DNA of 24,992 nucleotides from a virus. Lineage: Duplodnaviria > Caudoviricetes. This document shows, piece after piece, positions 1-8,171 of the stretch (positions are counted from its first letter, which is position 1; each line of letters begins with the position of its first letter). Both the position numbers and the translations under genes were made by a program. The notes under the pieces were generated by a model. That model did not search any database. It was not told the DNA's origin and saw only the letters and a list, made by a program, of their open reading frames with translations. Where the stretch lies: positions 1-24,992 of the IMG/VR virus record IMGVR_UViG_3300032320_001056; one strand, written 5' to 3'.

Positions 1-10
1 AATCTAAATA

Positions 11-217
11 ATGCTAGAGTTTCGTAACCCCATCCCTGTTGTTGTAGAAAATGATAGGGATGGGTATGCAATTTATGTGACAAACGGTGGAAGTTTTGAG
101 AATGATGTGTGGTGCGTAGTGCTATGTGATGGAGGAGAAGTGAGACATTATCTATCAAATCAAATAAGAATGTACGCTAACGCTACACTTGATATTAAAA
201 AATTATATAATGTTTGA
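11..217 (+). CDS. Small hypothetical phage protein (68 aa)
   Basis: ATG in an A-rich context (aaataATG); the stop overlaps the start of the next gene; no recognisable motif. Confidence 0.6.
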   Translation: MLEFRNPIPVVVENDRDGYAIYVTNGGSFENDVWCVVLCDGGEVRHYLSNQIRMYANATLDIKKLYNV

Positions 218-740
218 TAGACTTATAGACGTAATTACAGAATGGTGGGCATATTTTATGCCTGCTATTATTATTCCTAATTATGAAGAAGCAGTTCTTC
301 TTAGGAATGGTAAGTTTATAAAAGTGTTAGGACCAGGGTTTCACGTGAAACTTCCTATATTTGACGAAGTGATAAGTCATCATGTTGTTGTTACAACATT
401 GAGTCTTCCTGCTCAATCATTATATACAAAAGACAAACAGAATATTGTTGTCAAAGGAGTGGTTAAATACAAGATAGCAGACGTGAAGATTTTCCTACTT
501 GAGGTGTTCGATGCACAAGATGCATTGGCTGACATGACACAAAGCATAATTAAAAACATCATCATCACCACATCCATAGAAGAATGTTTAGATTTAGAAT
601 TAGATAATATTCTTACAAAGAAAGTTAGAGTGGAAGCAAGGAAGTGGGGAGTTGAAATTCAACAAGTTACGCTAACAGACATTGCTCCAATACGCAGTTA
701 TAGGATAATAAATGACTCAGTTTTAAACAATTTAGATTAG
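210..740 (+). CDS. SPFH/Band-7 (stomatin/HflC-like) domain protein, about 176 aa
   Basis: Typical SPFH segments 'YEEAVLLRNGKFIKVLGPGFHVKLPIFD', 'QSLYTKDKQNIVV..VVKYKI.D' and 'KWGVEIQQVTLTDI'. The in-frame ATG at 210 (MFDRLID) is preferred over the TTG at 189. Confidence 0.85.
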   Translation: MFDRLIDVITEWWAYFMPAIIIPNYEEAVLLRNGKFIKVLGPGFHVKLPIFDEVISHHVVVTTLSLPAQSLYTKDKQNIVVKGVVKYKIADVKIFLLEVFDAQDALADMTQSIIKNIIITTSIEECLDLELDNILTKKVRVEARKWGVEIQQVTLTDIAPIRSYRIINDSVLNNLD

Positions 741-798
741 AGTAAATTACACTAATGCTATATTATCTGCAAAATTAGGCAGTTACATGTTCCTTCTC

Positions 799-830
799 TT
801 TGCTAATAAATTCACATTACATATTTTTAC
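799..830 (+). promoter_or_regulatory. Bacteroidota-type sigma70 promoter-like site (-33 TTTG, -7 TAnnTTTA)
   Basis: TTTG at 799-802, 19-nt spacer, TATTTTTAC at 822-830, about 30 nt upstream of the 861 ATG. The Bacteroidetes consensus is TTTG-N19-21-TAnnTTTG; the same A-for-G variant recurs at 9771-9803. Confidence 0.55.
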
Positions 831-860
831 ATTACAAACCAATTTTTAAAAGAACTACAT

Positions 861-2090
861 ATGGCCGATAATCAAGAACTTTCTCAATTTGGGAACTTTA
901 GTATTGAAGATACTATGAATATGGGAATGGGTAGCTCAGAACTTCTGAACGATCTTATGTCTCCTGAAACAGCATCTAGTTCACCTGATGATGTTACAGT
1001 TATTAAAGACGAACCCCCTGCTCCTAAGAAAGCTGCTAAAGCTCCAGAAGCTCCTAAAGAAGAAGCAGCTCCTGCAAAAGAAGATTCATCCAAATCAATC
1101 CAAGACTTTCTTCTTGGTGATGAGGAAGAAGAAGATGGTGATGATGCTCCTGCAAAACCTGTAGCTAAAGAAACTAAGGAAGTTGAAAATGAGGAAGAAG
1201 AACCAGAAACATCACAATTTACAGCTCTATCAAATGACCTGTTTAAATTGGGAGTGTTTAACAAGGATGAAGATGAAGAAGATGTTGCTATTACATCTCC
1301 TGAAGAATTCCTTGAAAGGTTCAACCTAGAAAAGAAAAAAGGTGCAATAGACATCGTAGAAAATTTCATAGGTCAATTTGGAGAAGACTACAAACAAGCA
1401 TTCGATGCAATATTTGTTAAAGGAGTTGATCCAAAAGAATATTTCGGCACATATAATAACATTCAAAGTTTCGCTGAACTTGATTTGACTCAAGAAGGAA
1501 ATCAAGTGGCTGTATTGAAACAAGCTTTAGCTGATCAAGGATTTGATCCTGAAGATGTTGAAACAGAAGTTGAGAGACTTAAGAATTACGGAGATCTTGA
1601 ATCAGTTGCAGCTAAACACCACAAAGTGTTGGTTAAAAAAGAAGCAGCTAAGTTGGCTCAAATGGAGCAACAAAGAGAACAAGAACTCCAAAAACAACAA
1701 GCCTTTAAACAGCAATACGTAAACAACGTACAGTCTGTTCTACAAGATAAACTTAAAGCTAAGGAATTTGATGGCATCCCCCTCAATCCAAAATTGGCTA
1801 ACGAACTACAAGATTTCCTTTTGGTTGACAGATATCAAACCTCTTCAGGCGAAAAGCTTACAGAGTTTGATAGGCAAATTTTGGAATTGAAGAGACCAGA
1901 AAACCACGCACTTAAAGTGAAGATGGGGCTGCTTATGAAAATTCTAGAAACAGATCCAACACTATCAACCATTCAAAAGAGGGGAATCAGTAAAAAGTCA
2001 GATGACCTATTTAGTGAAGTGGCAAGACAAACGTCTAAATCGTCCATTAAATCTAATAAGTCATCTACACCCACCTCTTGGTTTCAATAA
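861..2090 (+). CDS. Acidic protein directly upstream of the MCP, putative capsid scaffolding/assembly protein (409 aa)
   Basis: Low-complexity E/D/P/A/K N-terminal half and helical or coiled-coil C-terminal half (KKEAAKLAQMEQQREQELQKQQ); position just before the capsid gene as in crAss-like head modules. Confidence 0.6.
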   Translation: MADNQELSQFGNFSIEDTMNMGMGSSELLNDLMSPETASSSPDDVTVIKDEPPAPKKAAKAPEAPKEEAAPAKEDSSKSIQDFLLGDEEEEDGDDAPAKPVAKETKEVENEEEEPETSQFTALSNDLFKLGVFNKDEDEEDVAITSPEEFLERFNLEKKKGAIDIVENFIGQFGEDYKQAFDAIFVKGVDPKEYFGTYNNIQSFAELDLTQEGNQVAVLKQALADQGFDPEDVETEVERLKNYGDLESVAAKHHKVLVKKEAAKLAQMEQQREQELQKQQAFKQQYVNNVQSVLQDKLKAKEFDGIPLNPKLANELQDFLLVDRYQTSSGEKLTEFDRQILELKRPENHALKVKMGLLMKILETDPTLSTIQKRGISKKSDDLFSEVARQTSKSSIKSNKSSTPTSWFQ

Positions 2091-2115
2091 TTACTAAAAA
2101 ATAAAAGAACACAAA

Positions 2116-3669
2116 ATGGCAATTCAAACAATCCCAGGTTTAACTGGATTTACGTATGCTCGTGTTGCTTCGATGGATAAGCGTGCTGTAGGTAAGCTTA
2201 CAGATGCCAACCACCTTGAAAGCTTCCACAGCACAGAGCCTGCTGATTATGATAAAAAGATCATCAGCCTCTACACTCAAAGTTCATTGTACAGCAATGA
2301 CTTCTTGGACATGATTAACAAGTCCACTCCTTATTACATTGACAACAATAGTGATGCATGGAAGTGGCAGGTACAAGTTCCTTACAAGTTTCCAAAGATC
2401 ATCGATGTTCCTTTGGCTACTGAAGCACTTGTTAAGCCTGGTATTGATGGTCAAGAGTTCCAATTGGTAATTGACACAAATGAGTTCTCTAAGAACGCAA
2501 TTGTTTCTGTAGGTACTCGTCAGTATGGTCCTAGGTTCTACGTTGTTAAAGATCCAGTTCCTTGGAACATGGGCTACCTTTACACCTTCACCTTGGTAAG
2601 TGACAATCCTACAGTTGATTTCGTAAGCTCTCAGTTCCTCGCTATTGGTGTTGAACTTGAGCTGGTTGACGCTGCAATTGGTGAGTTTGATCAAGACTTG
2701 CTTGGTCTTCCTCGTCTTGGTGAGCAAATCACTATGTTTGAATCTCTTGGTTCTGCATATGGTTATGAGCACAAGATCACTGAGTGGGCTGATGACAAGA
2801 TGATGGTTGATGCTTCTGGCAAACCTTTGGACATCCTGGTTTACGCTCCACAGCGTAGGAACCAACTTCCTTTGACTAGGAATGATGTTAAATGGGAACC
2901 ATTCATTGAGTTCTGGATGCGTAAGTCTATGCTTGAGTTGAAAGTTAAGCGTATGATTTGGAGCAAGCCTGGAACTGTTAAAACAAATGGTTCTAAGCAA
3001 GAATTGAAGCGTACCTCTGCTGGTGTTTACCACAGGATGCGTAACAATGGTAACTTGGTACAATACAATCGTGGTGAATTCACTGCAAACCTTATCCGTT
3101 CAGTTTTTGGTGATCTGTTCTATCGCAGGGTGGATGTTAAAGACCGTAGGGTTAAAATGTATACAAACGAAGCTGGTTTCGATGTATTCCAGCAAGCTCT
3201 TAAGACAGATGCTTTGAATTCTGGCTTGACTTTCATGGCTGATTCTGGTAACAGGTATCTACAAGGCGAAGGACAACACATCACTTACAACTTTGCATTC
3301 GATGCAATGGTTACTCGTGAGACTGGTCGTGTTGAACTGATTCACTTGAAGGAACTTGATCTTCCACAATCTAACCTTGAATTTGGTCAGAACAAAAAAT
3401 CTACTCCTGTATTCATGGTGTTCGATGTATCTCCAATGAGCGATGGTTCAATGGTAAACAACATCCGTGAAGTAAGGATGAAAGGTGCACCTTCAATGAC
3501 TTGGGGTTATATCGATGGTACTCGTCATCACTTGGGCTTTGCTAAGTCTCAGGGTATGTCAAGTGCTAACAAGTTCCCTGGTTATGAAATCTGGATGAAA
3601 GACCGTTGTGATGTATTCATTGAGGACTTGTCTCGTACAGTCTTGATTGAAGAGATCCCACAATTCTAA
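2116..3669 (+). CDS. Major capsid protein, crAss-like (517 aa)
   Basis: Size and position after the acidic scaffold-like gene; strong high-expression codon bias (CGT, GGT, TTC, AAC); MCP-like segments ('KRMIWSKPG..RTSAGVYHRMR', 'VKMYTNEAGF'); followed by strong hairpins. Confidence 0.85.
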   Translation: MAIQTIPGLTGFTYARVASMDKRAVGKLTDANHLESFHSTEPADYDKKIISLYTQSSLYSNDFLDMINKSTPYYIDNNSDAWKWQVQVPYKFPKIIDVPLATEALVKPGIDGQEFQLVIDTNEFSKNAIVSVGTRQYGPRFYVVKDPVPWNMGYLYTFTLVSDNPTVDFVSSQFLAIGVELELVDAAIGEFDQDLLGLPRLGEQITMFESLGSAYGYEHKITEWADDKMMVDASGKPLDILVYAPQRRNQLPLTRNDVKWEPFIEFWMRKSMLELKVKRMIWSKPGTVKTNGSKQELKRTSAGVYHRMRNNGNLVQYNRGEFTANLIRSVFGDLFYRRVDVKDRRVKMYTNEAGFDVFQQALKTDALNSGLTFMADSGNRYLQGEGQHITYNFAFDAMVTRETGRVELIHLKELDLPQSNLEFGQNKKSTPVFMVFDVSPMSDGSMVNNIREVRMKGAPSMTWGYIDGTRHHLGFAKSQGMSSANKFPGYEIWMKDRCDVFIEDLSRTVLIEEIPQF

Positions 3670-3677
3670 GGATCCCC

Positions 3678-3814
3678 TCCAAGGATAGTATCCTTGGACA
3701 ATTATACCGAGAAGAGATTGCCCCCCACGTTCCCTGTGGGGGTGCTCTTCTCAACCTACAGAGTGTTGGATTGGGGTGTCTCCCATTCGCTACTCCTTCA
3801 GTGGAACCACTCTG
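3678..3814 (+). other. GC-rich structured intergenic element: three tandem stem-loop domains
   Basis: IR1 tccaaggata-g-tatccttgga (3678-3698); IR2 gagaagag...cccccacg-ttccc-tgtggggg...ctcttctc (3709-3752); IR3 cagagtg...cactctg (3759-3814) enclosing two small hairpins. Confidence 0.7.
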
Positions 3815-3828
3815 CAACTTAACTACAT

Positions 3829-4272
3829 ATGGGCAAATACAAAGAGAATATTTTGCACTTAAGAAATGAAGGTAGAACATATAAAGAAATATGTAATATC
3901 TTAGGTTGTTCAATGTCTACAGTGTCTTATTTTACTATTTCTTCAGAAAGAAAAAGAGAATTAGAAAGAGGAGAAAAACTCAGAGAAACTGGAAAAGTGT
4001 ATAAAGATAGAAAAAATTATAAATCTAGAAATAGGCAAATTGTAATAGATTATTTAAAAACACATCCTTGCATAGATTGCGGAAATTCAGATATTAGAGT
4101 TTTAGAGTTTGATCATGTAAGAGGAGACAAGTTAGGAAATATATCACATGCTGTACATAGAGTTTGGAAAACTGAAAAGTTACTAAACGAAATAAGTAAA
4201 TGTGAAATAAGATGTTGTAACTGTCACAGAATTGTGACAATAGAAAGAAGAAATAGTAAAATAAACCAATAA
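3829..4272 (+). CDS. HNH homing endonuclease with N-terminal HTH (147 aa)
   Basis: HTH-like 'ILHLRNEGRTYKEICNILGCSMSTVSY'; HNH/Zn motif 'CIDCG..DIRVLEFDH...EISKCEIRCCNCHR'; markedly more A-rich than its neighbours. Confidence 0.85.
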   Translation: MGKYKENILHLRNEGRTYKEICNILGCSMSTVSYFTISSERKRELERGEKLRETGKVYKDRKNYKSRNRQIVIDYLKTHPCIDCGNSDIRVLEFDHVRGDKLGNISHAVHRVWKTEKLLNEISKCEIRCCNCHRIVTIERRNSKINQ

Positions 4273-4291
4273 CAATTAACAATTAAATTTT

Positions 4292-5257
4292 ATGGGCAAA
4301 ATTGGAAAAATCTCTACATTAAAAAAAGAGTATAACAGCGCACAGCTTCAAACAATGCAAGGTGGTCTTGCACAGAAAGGTATGACAAGGATTCCTGGTA
4401 CAGGAGTTTTTAAATATCCTTACAAGGAACTTGATGGTCAGTATAGGACAGGACTTAATCCTGAAGCATCTTACATCAGAAGAATTCAAGATCCTACTGA
4501 AAGAGAACTAGAAGTTGATCGTGTAACAGCTCTTAAGGCTAAACTTGAAGGAGCTTTGAATCTTGACCTTGGTCCTCGTTCTCAGTTTTGGAATAGTGGA
4601 TTGTCACATTCACAACATGATGAACTTCATGTTCAAGCAGTTAAACTTCTTGATGGTGACAATTACTACGATCTTGATCAACCTCTCCAAGAACTAGCGT
4701 TCTCATGGCTCAGAGTCCATCCTACAATTGCAAGCTCTTATCAAGCTTGGGAACGTGGTGAATATCCTGCTGACATACAGTTTTATGTTGTAGATGATGA
4801 AATAGAAAATGCAATCGTCTTTAAGAAAAAGCAAATCATTAACAAAGCAATTGCCAAATTTGATGGAATGACTCCTGAGAAGAAGCGTAAAGTTGCTCGT
4901 TTGTTAGGCTTGCCTGTTACAGACAACACTAAAGAAGAAGTTGTATACAACCTTGTTGATAATATCATTAAAGAGACAGAATTCAAAACAGGTAAATTCC
5001 AAGGTCTTTCTACAGTTGAAGTGTTCAACCGCTTTGCTGACATGAAAGAAAATTTGCTCCATATTAAAGATCTTGTTAGACAAGCAATTAGTCATTCTAT
5101 ATATAGGGTTAAACCTAATGGACGAATTTACGAAGGGGAATACGAAGTGGCAATTGATGATGAAGATTTAGTAAAATTCCTTGCTGATGAAGATAATCAA
5201 GATGAGCTACTCACTCTTGAGCAAAAATTAAAAACTAAGAAACTAGCATCTGTATGA
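4292..5257 (+). CDS. Conserved crAss-like head-module protein following the MCP (321 aa), function unknown
   Basis: Long ORF with structural-gene codon usage; first core gene after the MCP; ATGA coupling to the next gene. Confidence 0.6.
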   Translation: MGKIGKISTLKKEYNSAQLQTMQGGLAQKGMTRIPGTGVFKYPYKELDGQYRTGLNPEASYIRRIQDPTERELEVDRVTALKAKLEGALNLDLGPRSQFWNSGLSHSQHDELHVQAVKLLDGDNYYDLDQPLQELAFSWLRVHPTIASSYQAWERGEYPADIQFYVVDDEIENAIVFKKKQIINKAIAKFDGMTPEKKRKVARLLGLPVTDNTKEEVVYNLVDNIIKETEFKTGKFQGLSTVEVFNRFADMKENLLHIKDLVRQAISHSIYRVKPNGRIYEGEYEVAIDDEDLVKFLADEDNQDELLTLEQKLKTKKLASV

Positions 5258-5985
5258 TACCTGTAGATAGTTTATTGTATAAAATTGATCAGAAACTAAA
5301 TAAACTATCGACTAACGAACATCAACAGATTCAGCTTGAAGATAAAATCTTAGCCTTGAATGAGGCTCAGATAAAGTTGATAAAGCAAAAGGTTGATGGA
5401 TTTAGTGTAGTGAGTGGTCTAGGAATGGATTCTTTTAAGAAACGTTATGAAGACCTTCAGAGTTTAGTAGTAAATTATGCTCATCAGCCTCTGAATCTAA
5501 CTCTAAAGAACACACAGCTAAATCAGTGGTTCGCATATTTACATGAGCTAGATCCCAAGTATATGTTCTACATTGATAGTTATATACTTGCTGATAAAGG
5601 AAGGTGTAAGGATAGAACAATATGGATCAATAGAGATCTTGCAAAACATGGTGACTTGTCACTTCTTTTGAATAACGATCACTACAAACCATCTTTCGAA
5701 TATCAAGAAACGTTTAATTTTATATCATCTGACGAGATATCTATATTCACAGATGGTACGTTTACACCAAGTAAAATCTACATATCATACATGCGCTATC
5801 CTGTTTATATCAATAAAGAAGGATATGTAATGTTAGATGGACAAGATTCGTACGACCAAGATTGTGAACTAGAAACCTATCTCGAAGATGAACTTCTAGA
5901 TTTGACAGTTCAAAACCTTGCAATGTACACTGAAAATGCATCTGCTGTGCAAAGTGCACAGTATAGGATACAAACAAATGAATAG
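5254..5985 (+). CDS. Putative tail ring / head-tail connector protein (243 aa)
   Basis: Helical N-terminus '..ILALNEAQIKLIKQK' and C-terminus 'YISYMRYP...CELETYLEDELLDLTVQ', resembling crAss-like ring/adaptor proteins; synteny. Confidence 0.6.
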   Translation: MIPVDSLLYKIDQKLNKLSTNEHQQIQLEDKILALNEAQIKLIKQKVDGFSVVSGLGMDSFKKRYEDLQSLVVNYAHQPLNLTLKNTQLNQWFAYLHELDPKYMFYIDSYILADKGRCKDRTIWINRDLAKHGDLSLLLNNDHYKPSFEYQETFNFISSDEISIFTDGTFTPSKIYISYMRYPVYINKEGYVMLDGQDSYDQDCELETYLEDELLDLTVQNLAMYTENASAVQSAQYRIQTNE

Positions 5986-6013
5986 TTTTTCATTACAATT
6001 TAAATAAAACAAA

Positions 6014-7138
6014 ATGGCAGATTTTTCTCTAACTACGCTCTTCGTGGTTCCTGTTGGCTCAACAATAGCCAATAGTGGTTCTACGCAAGACTTGACCCCT
6101 GGAAAAGTGGGTTTTTTCAAAGCTGATTACACTGTTGCCACTGCTGGTAACATTGCTGCAGCTCCTTATTTTTATGTAGCTCAAGGTAGGACTAACACCT
6201 ATCTTCAAGGTTCCAAGCGTTCTGACAAGATCAAAGGATGTCCTAGTGGATCTGGTTGTAACTCTAATATCACTGAGTGGTATAGAGTTAACGGTTGCCC
6301 TACTCCTCAAGTTCAGATCACTGAAGTTGATAACTGGAATGTAAAGTGTGGTGACGTTGTTACCATCACTCTTCGTGCTCATTCTTCTTATGTTGACACC
6401 TTGTATTTCAATGGTTTCACTCGTAGCATTACAGTTGTAGCTCCTTGTTGTGAGTGTGGTGGTAATCCTTGTACTGAAGTTGATTACACAGCTTTGGTTA
6501 ATCAAATCATTGCTAAGTTTGAAGCTGAAGCTCCTGGTAACAACCCTGACAACATTAGCTTTAACACTTTCTATTTATTCACTCAGCCTAGTCCTGGTGT
6601 TCTTAGAATTACAGCAAAGCCTTTGACTAGATATGGTCAGCCTTGTGATGTTGCAGCGTTCCCTTTTGAATATGACAGATTGTACTTCCGTACATTTGTT
6701 TATTCTGGTCCTGCTACCACTGCTGACTTTATTGTTGCTGATGCTTGTAACATTGTTGCTGATGCTACAGTTGTTCAAACTTCTAACTATGCATCTGGTA
6801 CTTCTGATGAAATCATTCAGTTGGAGAAGAACTACTACAGCTACCAAGCTGGTTACCTGAAGCATCTCTACAGGATGGCTGGTTACAATCAAAACTTTGA
6901 ATCTTGGGTTTCTGCAGGTACAACTTATGATACCTACTACATCAAGTTCAATACTTATGATAAATCAGTATATCAGTGGGGTGATTATATTCATGAAGAT
7001 AGCATGGTGATCATTGCTGTTCCTCAAGGTTCTGCTGCTGCTGTATCAGTTAGCGCAATCCTTACAGCTGGTCTGGGTGCTCCTGAAGATAAGAGTGCTT
7101 GTTTGACTACTACCACTACAACCACTGCAGCTCCTTAG
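6014..7138 (+). CDS. Putative abundant virion protein, auxiliary-capsid-like (374 aa), with C-terminal Thr tract
   Basis: MCP-like codon bias; beta-rich and Cys-containing; followed by a strong hairpin. The auxiliary-capsid label rests on synteny only. Confidence 0.55.
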   Translation: MADFSLTTLFVVPVGSTIANSGSTQDLTPGKVGFFKADYTVATAGNIAAAPYFYVAQGRTNTYLQGSKRSDKIKGCPSGSGCNSNITEWYRVNGCPTPQVQITEVDNWNVKCGDVVTITLRAHSSYVDTLYFNGFTRSITVVAPCCECGGNPCTEVDYTALVNQIIAKFEAEAPGNNPDNISFNTFYLFTQPSPGVLRITAKPLTRYGQPCDVAAFPFEYDRLYFRTFVYSGPATTADFIVADACNIVADATVVQTSNYASGTSDEIIQLEKNYYSYQAGYLKHLYRMAGYNQNFESWVSAGTTYDTYYIKFNTYDKSVYQWGDYIHEDSMVIIAVPQGSAAAVSVSAILTAGLGAPEDKSACLTTTTTTTAAP

Positions 7139-7162
7139 TAGAATAAAGCAAATCATATAACC

Positions 7163-7214
7163 TGTGCCTGAGGGTGAGAGAGGATATTCTCAAGTCCTCG
7201 GGCACATTTATTTT
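7163..7214 (+). terminator. Long stem-loop with T-rich tail (intrinsic terminator or RNase III-type processing site)
   Basis: tgtgcctgagg (7163) pairs with cctcgggcaca (ends 7206, one G-U); inner stem tgagag/ttctca; followed by tttatttt. Confidence 0.65.
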
Positions 7215-7221
7215 AAATAAC

Positions 7222-7776
7222 ATGGCTAACGTATTGGATATATTAGTTATTGACACACACAATGTTCTCACGCTAGGTATAGCTGATTCATCTGTGTATG
7301 ACGTTACACCAACATCACCAACAATTGAGATTACAGTTCCTGGTTTTCCTCCTGTATTACTTCCTTTTGTTCCAAACGATTTTAATTTGTTCAATTCCAC
7401 AATATTAGGATTGTCTGCTGTTGGTGACCCACTGCAACCACTTCCTGATGGGATTTATTATTTGACATATTCAATTGCTCCTGCAATTACAAATTATGTT
7501 AATAAGACAATTATGCGTGTTGAACAGATACAGGAAAAGTTTGATGGTGCATTTATGAAACTTGACATGATGCAATGTGATCTTGCAATTAAGCAACAAT
7601 CAAGAGTTGAGCTTGATAGCATCTACTACTTCATACAAGGATCAATTGCAGCAGCAAATAATTGTGCTGTAGAGACATCTAATAAACTGTATATGCAAGC
7701 AAATAAAATGCTTGATAATTTTATAAGGAACAACTGTGGTTGTTCTGGAACTAACTATCTTGTTAATTTTAGATAA
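7222..7776 (+). CDS. Putative virion structural protein, possibly tail hub-like (184 aa)
   Basis: ATG at 7222 (aaataacATG) lies downstream of the hairpin and is preferred to the GTG at 7174, which is inside it. Beta-rich N-terminus with 'LPDGIYYLTYSI' and helical Cys-containing C-terminus. Confidence 0.6.
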   Translation: MANVLDILVIDTHNVLTLGIADSSVYDVTPTSPTIEITVPGFPPVLLPFVPNDFNLFNSTILGLSAVGDPLQPLPDGIYYLTYSIAPAITNYVNKTIMRVEQIQEKFDGAFMKLDMMQCDLAIKQQSRVELDSIYYFIQGSIAAANNCAVETSNKLYMQANKMLDNFIRNNCGCSGTNYLVNFR

Positions 7777-7785
7777 ATATATTTT

Positions 7786-7929
7786 ATGGCACAATGTAGA
7801 AATTGTGGAGCAAAATTTGGATGCGGCTGTCAGCTAATTAACGGTTTATGTGGAGCTTGTGATGCTGCAATTAAAAAAGGTATTAAAAAATTCAAAAATG
7901 CTATCTCCAAGATTAGTAAATTGTATTGA
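7786..7929 (+). CDS. 47-aa Cys-rich miniprotein, not in the supplied ORF track
   Basis: Translated by hand: MAQCRNCGAKFGCGCQLINGLCGACDAAIKKGIKKFKNAISKISKLY*. It fills the gap between 7776 and 7898 and starts with ATGGCA like many genes here. Confidence 0.7.
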   Translation: MAQCRNCGAKFGCGCQLINGLCGACDAAIKKGIKKFKNAISKISKLY

Positions 7930-8164
7930 TTGTACAACAGAACAAGCGCTTATTGCTGATATTGATTGTAGGTTAACAGAGTTGGCTAACAATCAATACA
8001 ACAACATCGTATTTATTCTCAATCTCCCTTTCCCTAGAACAGTGATTGGAGATCTTCTGAATTACAAAAGAATATTGGTAAGCAAACTTTGTAATCCAGA
8101 ATATGCAGCTTGTTATACAGTTGCAATGATAGCTAGTAGAGTTAAACTTCTAATTCATAAATAA
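7898..8164 (+). CDS. Small Cys-containing helical protein (88 aa), putative structural
   Basis: ATG at 7898 (caaaaATG; MLSPRLVNCIDC) is in frame with the listed 7850 ORF and overlaps the end of the 47-aa ORF. Confidence 0.6.
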   Translation: MLSPRLVNCIDCTTEQALIADIDCRLTELANNQYNNIVFILNLPFPRTVIGDLLNYKRILVSKLCNPEYAACYTVAMIASRVKLLIHK

Positions 8165-8171
8165 TTATAAA

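Noticed and set aside
2284-3063. 259-aa antisense ORF, and the other minus-strand ORFs such as 884-1369, 6059-6505, 14472-14942 and 23923-24339
   Set aside because: They lie wholly opposite well-supported plus-strand genes, show no motifs, and are explained by sense-strand codon bias.
3759-3814. tRNA gene
   Set aside because: Only 56 nt with two inner arms; no TTC T-loop or D-loop consensus.
3670-4291. Group I intron containing the HNH gene
   Set aside because: The MCP ends with a normal stop before the structured region and the downstream gene has its own start. The structured part is only about 150 nt, with just 19 nt after the HNH, and I could not identify P7 or other core elements.
7127-7170. 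Programmed read-through extending the 374-aa protein past its Thr tract
   Set aside because: Tandem TAG TAG followed by an in-frame TGA within about 10 codons; no sizeable extension is available.
7174-7221. N-terminal extensions given in the ORF track (starts 189, 7174, 7850, 9256)
   Set aside because: They overlap upstream genes or a hairpin, and three of the four use non-ATG starts. Downstream in-frame ATGs at 210, 7222, 7898 and 9298 have better contexts.
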